Assembly (NCBI RefSeq): GCF_020745735.1
Contig: NC_083401.1
Coordinates: 77,001,740 to 77,065,739, forward strand
Length of the DNA stretch: 64,000 nucleotides
Source of the DNA: Hemiscyllium ocellatum
Lineage: Eukaryota
Direction: 5' to 3'
The stretch's first letter is position 1; the number at the start of each line of letters is the position of its first letter. The notes below the pieces were generated by a model. It was not told the DNA's origin. It did no database searches and saw nothing but the letters and a program-made list of their open reading frames with translations. Position numbers and translations under genes: made by a program. Positions 61,771 to 64,000 of the stretch are shown piece by piece.

Positions 61771-61975
61771 CACCTTACTGAACAGATTTAAATGGTCTCT
61801 GGAACAGCACTCTTCTGTTTTTAACAGTTTTAGTAATTGTAATAGGACTTGCTTTCCTGCACTTCATAATTACACTTATGTCCTCTCCTTTCCCTATTAA
61901 TGGCTGTCCCAATTGCTCCAGGTCAAATATCTTTATTTCTGAAGGCCCTTCTCCCATTATTGCCAATAGCCTGAA

Positions 61976-63578
61976 GGTAAAAAATGAGGTCTGCAGATGC
62001 TGGAGATCACAGCTGAAAATGTGTTGCTGGTTAAAGCACAGCAGGTTAGGCAGCATCCAAGGAATAGGAAATTCGACGTTTCGGGCATAAGCCCTTCATC
62101 AGGAATGAGGAAAGTGTGCCAAGCAGGCTAAGATAAAAGGTAGGGAGGAGGGACTTGGGGGAGGGGTGATGGAGATGCGATAGGTGGAAGGAGGTCAAGG
62201 TGAGGGTGATAGGCCGGAGTGGGGTGGGGGCGGAGAGGTCAGGAAGAAGATTGCAGCTTAGGAGGGCGGTGCTGAGTTGAGGGAACCGACTGAGACAAGG
62301 TGGGGGGAGGGGAAATGAGGAAACTGGAGAAATCTGAGTTCATCCCTTGTGGTTGGAGGGTTCCCAGGTGGAAGATGAGGCGCTCCTCCTCCAGCCGTCG
62401 TGTTGTTATGTTCTGCCGGTGGAGGAGTCCAAGGACCTGCATGTCCTCAGTGGAGTGGGAGGGAGAGTTAAAGTGTTGAGCCACGGGGTGGTTGGGTTGG
62501 TTGGTCCGGGCGTCCCAGAGGTGTTCTCTGAAGCGTTCCGCAAGTAAGCGGCCCGTCTCCCCAATATAGAGGAGGCCACATCGGGTGCAGCGGATGCAAT
62601 AGATGATGTGTGTGGAGGTGCAGGTGAACTTGTGGCGGATATGGAAGGATCCCTTGGGGCCTTGGAGGGAAGTGAGGGAGGAGGTGTGGGCGCAAGTTTT
62701 ACATTTCCTGCGGTTGCAGGGGAAGGTGCCGGGAGTGGAGGTTGGGTTGGTGGGGGGTGTGGACCTGACGAGGGAGTCACGAAGGGAGTGGTCTTTGCGG
62801 AACGCTGATAGGGATGGGGAGGGAAATATATCCCTGGTGGTGGGGTCCGTTTGGAGGTGGTGGAAATGACGGCGGATGATGCATTGTATACGGAGGTTGG
62901 TGGGGTGGTAGGTGAGAACCAGTGGGGTTCTGTCTTGGTGGCGGTTGGAGGAGCGGGGCTCAAGGGCGGAGGAGTGGGAAGTGGAGGAGATGCGGTGGAG
63001 GGCATCGTCGATCACGTCTGGGGGAATCTGCGGTCCTTGAAGAAGGAGGCCATCTGGGCTGTGCGGTGTTGGAACTGGTCCTCCTGGGAGCAGATGCGGC
63101 GGAGACGAAGGAATTGGGAATATGGGATGGAGTTTTTACAGGGGGCAGGGTGGGAGGAGGTGTAGTCCACGTAGCTGTGGGAGTCAGTCGGTTTATAGTA
63201 GATGTCTGTGTTGAGTCGGTCGCCCGAGATAGAAATGGAAAGGTCTAGGAAGGGGAGGGAGGAGTCTGAGACAGTCCAGGTGAATTTGAGGTCGGGATGG
63301 AAGGTGTTAGTAAAGTTGATGAACTGTTCAACCTCCTCATGGGAGCACGAGGCAGCGCCGATACAGTCATCGATGTATCGGAGGAAAAGGTGGGGGGTGG
63401 TGCCAGTGTAGTTGCGGAAGATGGACTGTTCCACTTGTCCTACGAAGAGACAGGCATAGCTGGGGCCCATGCGGGTGCCCATGGCAACTCCTTTAGTTTG
63501 GAGGAAGTGGGAGGATTGAAAAGAGAAGTTATTCAGGGTGAGGACCAGTTCAGTCAGTCGAAGGAGGGTGTCAGTGGA
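61976..63578 (-). mobile_element. Penelope-like retroelement, 5'-truncated: RT C-terminal half + GIY-YIG endonuclease + terminal repeat
   Basis: GVAMGTRMGPSYA and FLRYIDD (RT); IIYCIRCTRCGLLYIGETGR...RFREH (GIY-YIG); one frameshift at ~63020. Confidence 0.95.
62071..62106 (-). ncRNA. Minimal type I hammerhead ribozyme motif in the Penelope terminal repeat
   Basis: AUUC-CUGAUGA-A-GGGC UUAU GCCC-GAAAC-GUC-GAAU: core boxes, stem I and stem II present; loopless palindromic (ACGU) stem III. Confidence 0.8.
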
Positions 63579-64000
63579 GTGCTATACTTAACGGAGCTTA
63601 GACAACCCAAATGCTCTTGTCAACATAGATCTGATTACACAAGGCTATTCTACTCAATTCTATGAATGCTATAAATCAAATTGTACATAAATGTTATTCC
63701 AAATATTTTCTAAACTTTGGCTTTCCGTCAACCCCAGACTCTGTAAACTGTTTATATTGGTCAGTTCTTGCTGTTAAAGTAATTATGGTGCTAATGGTAG
63801 TTACTGTTATGAATGTGTAAAATCTTTTGTTGTGTGGTTTTCTATGTAAGAATTTGATTTTGGGACTTAATCTTCAAGAAGAAGACAAGGTCTTCAAGCC
63901 GCTGCACTACTTCCCTATCATTCCTCGACTTAAAGCTTCTTCCTTGCTCTCCATGTGTCTATTAACTCAGTCCACATTGTGAATACTGTATATGTTTGTG

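Noticed and set aside
62347-63665. Overlapping Pro/Gly-rich ORFs on both strands
   Set aside because: They are shadow frames of the C-rich Penelope ORF.
1-64000. CRISPR arrays, operons or prokaryotic defence systems
   Set aside because: The sequence is intron-rich vertebrate DNA; the recurring motifs are dispersed retroelement termini, not regularly spaced repeats.

Overview
Eukaryotic (vertebrate) genomic DNA. The repeat content (HE1/V-SINEs, abundant CR1 LINEs, Penelope-like elements) points to a cartilaginous fish (shark); this is an inference. The window holds one multi-exon protein-coding gene on the + strand. I traced 15 coding exons by hand from 9080 to 55235; all introns are GT-AG and phase-compatible, giving about 893 codons, but the start codon was not located. 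The gene encodes a long-chain gp130-family type I cytokine receptor: signal peptide, Ig-like domain, cytokine-binding module with WSQWS, three FNIII domains, TM, Box1/Box2 and tyrosine motifs. Several segments resemble IL31RA more than IL6ST, yet it keeps the gp130-type Ig domain and the SHP2/STAT3 docking module. It also has a Pro->Ala change in Box1 and an Asn inside the TM helix. The introns and flanks are packed with mobile elements: nested CR1 LINEs (one near full length, one young copy with an intact 560-aa RT frame), HE1 SINEs, a LINE/SINE family with a tRNA-like head, a decayed Harbinger transposase, a probable solo LTR, and a Penelope retroelement (RT + GIY-YIG). About 15 short Penelope-terminus copies carry full or partial minimal hammerhead-ribozyme motifs. 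A small inversion with inverted duplications at both breakpoints lies at 275-1163, and there is an N-gap at 29003-29138. Exon boundaries were read base by base; repeat boundaries are approximate. Homology statements come from recalled human sequences, not from database searches.
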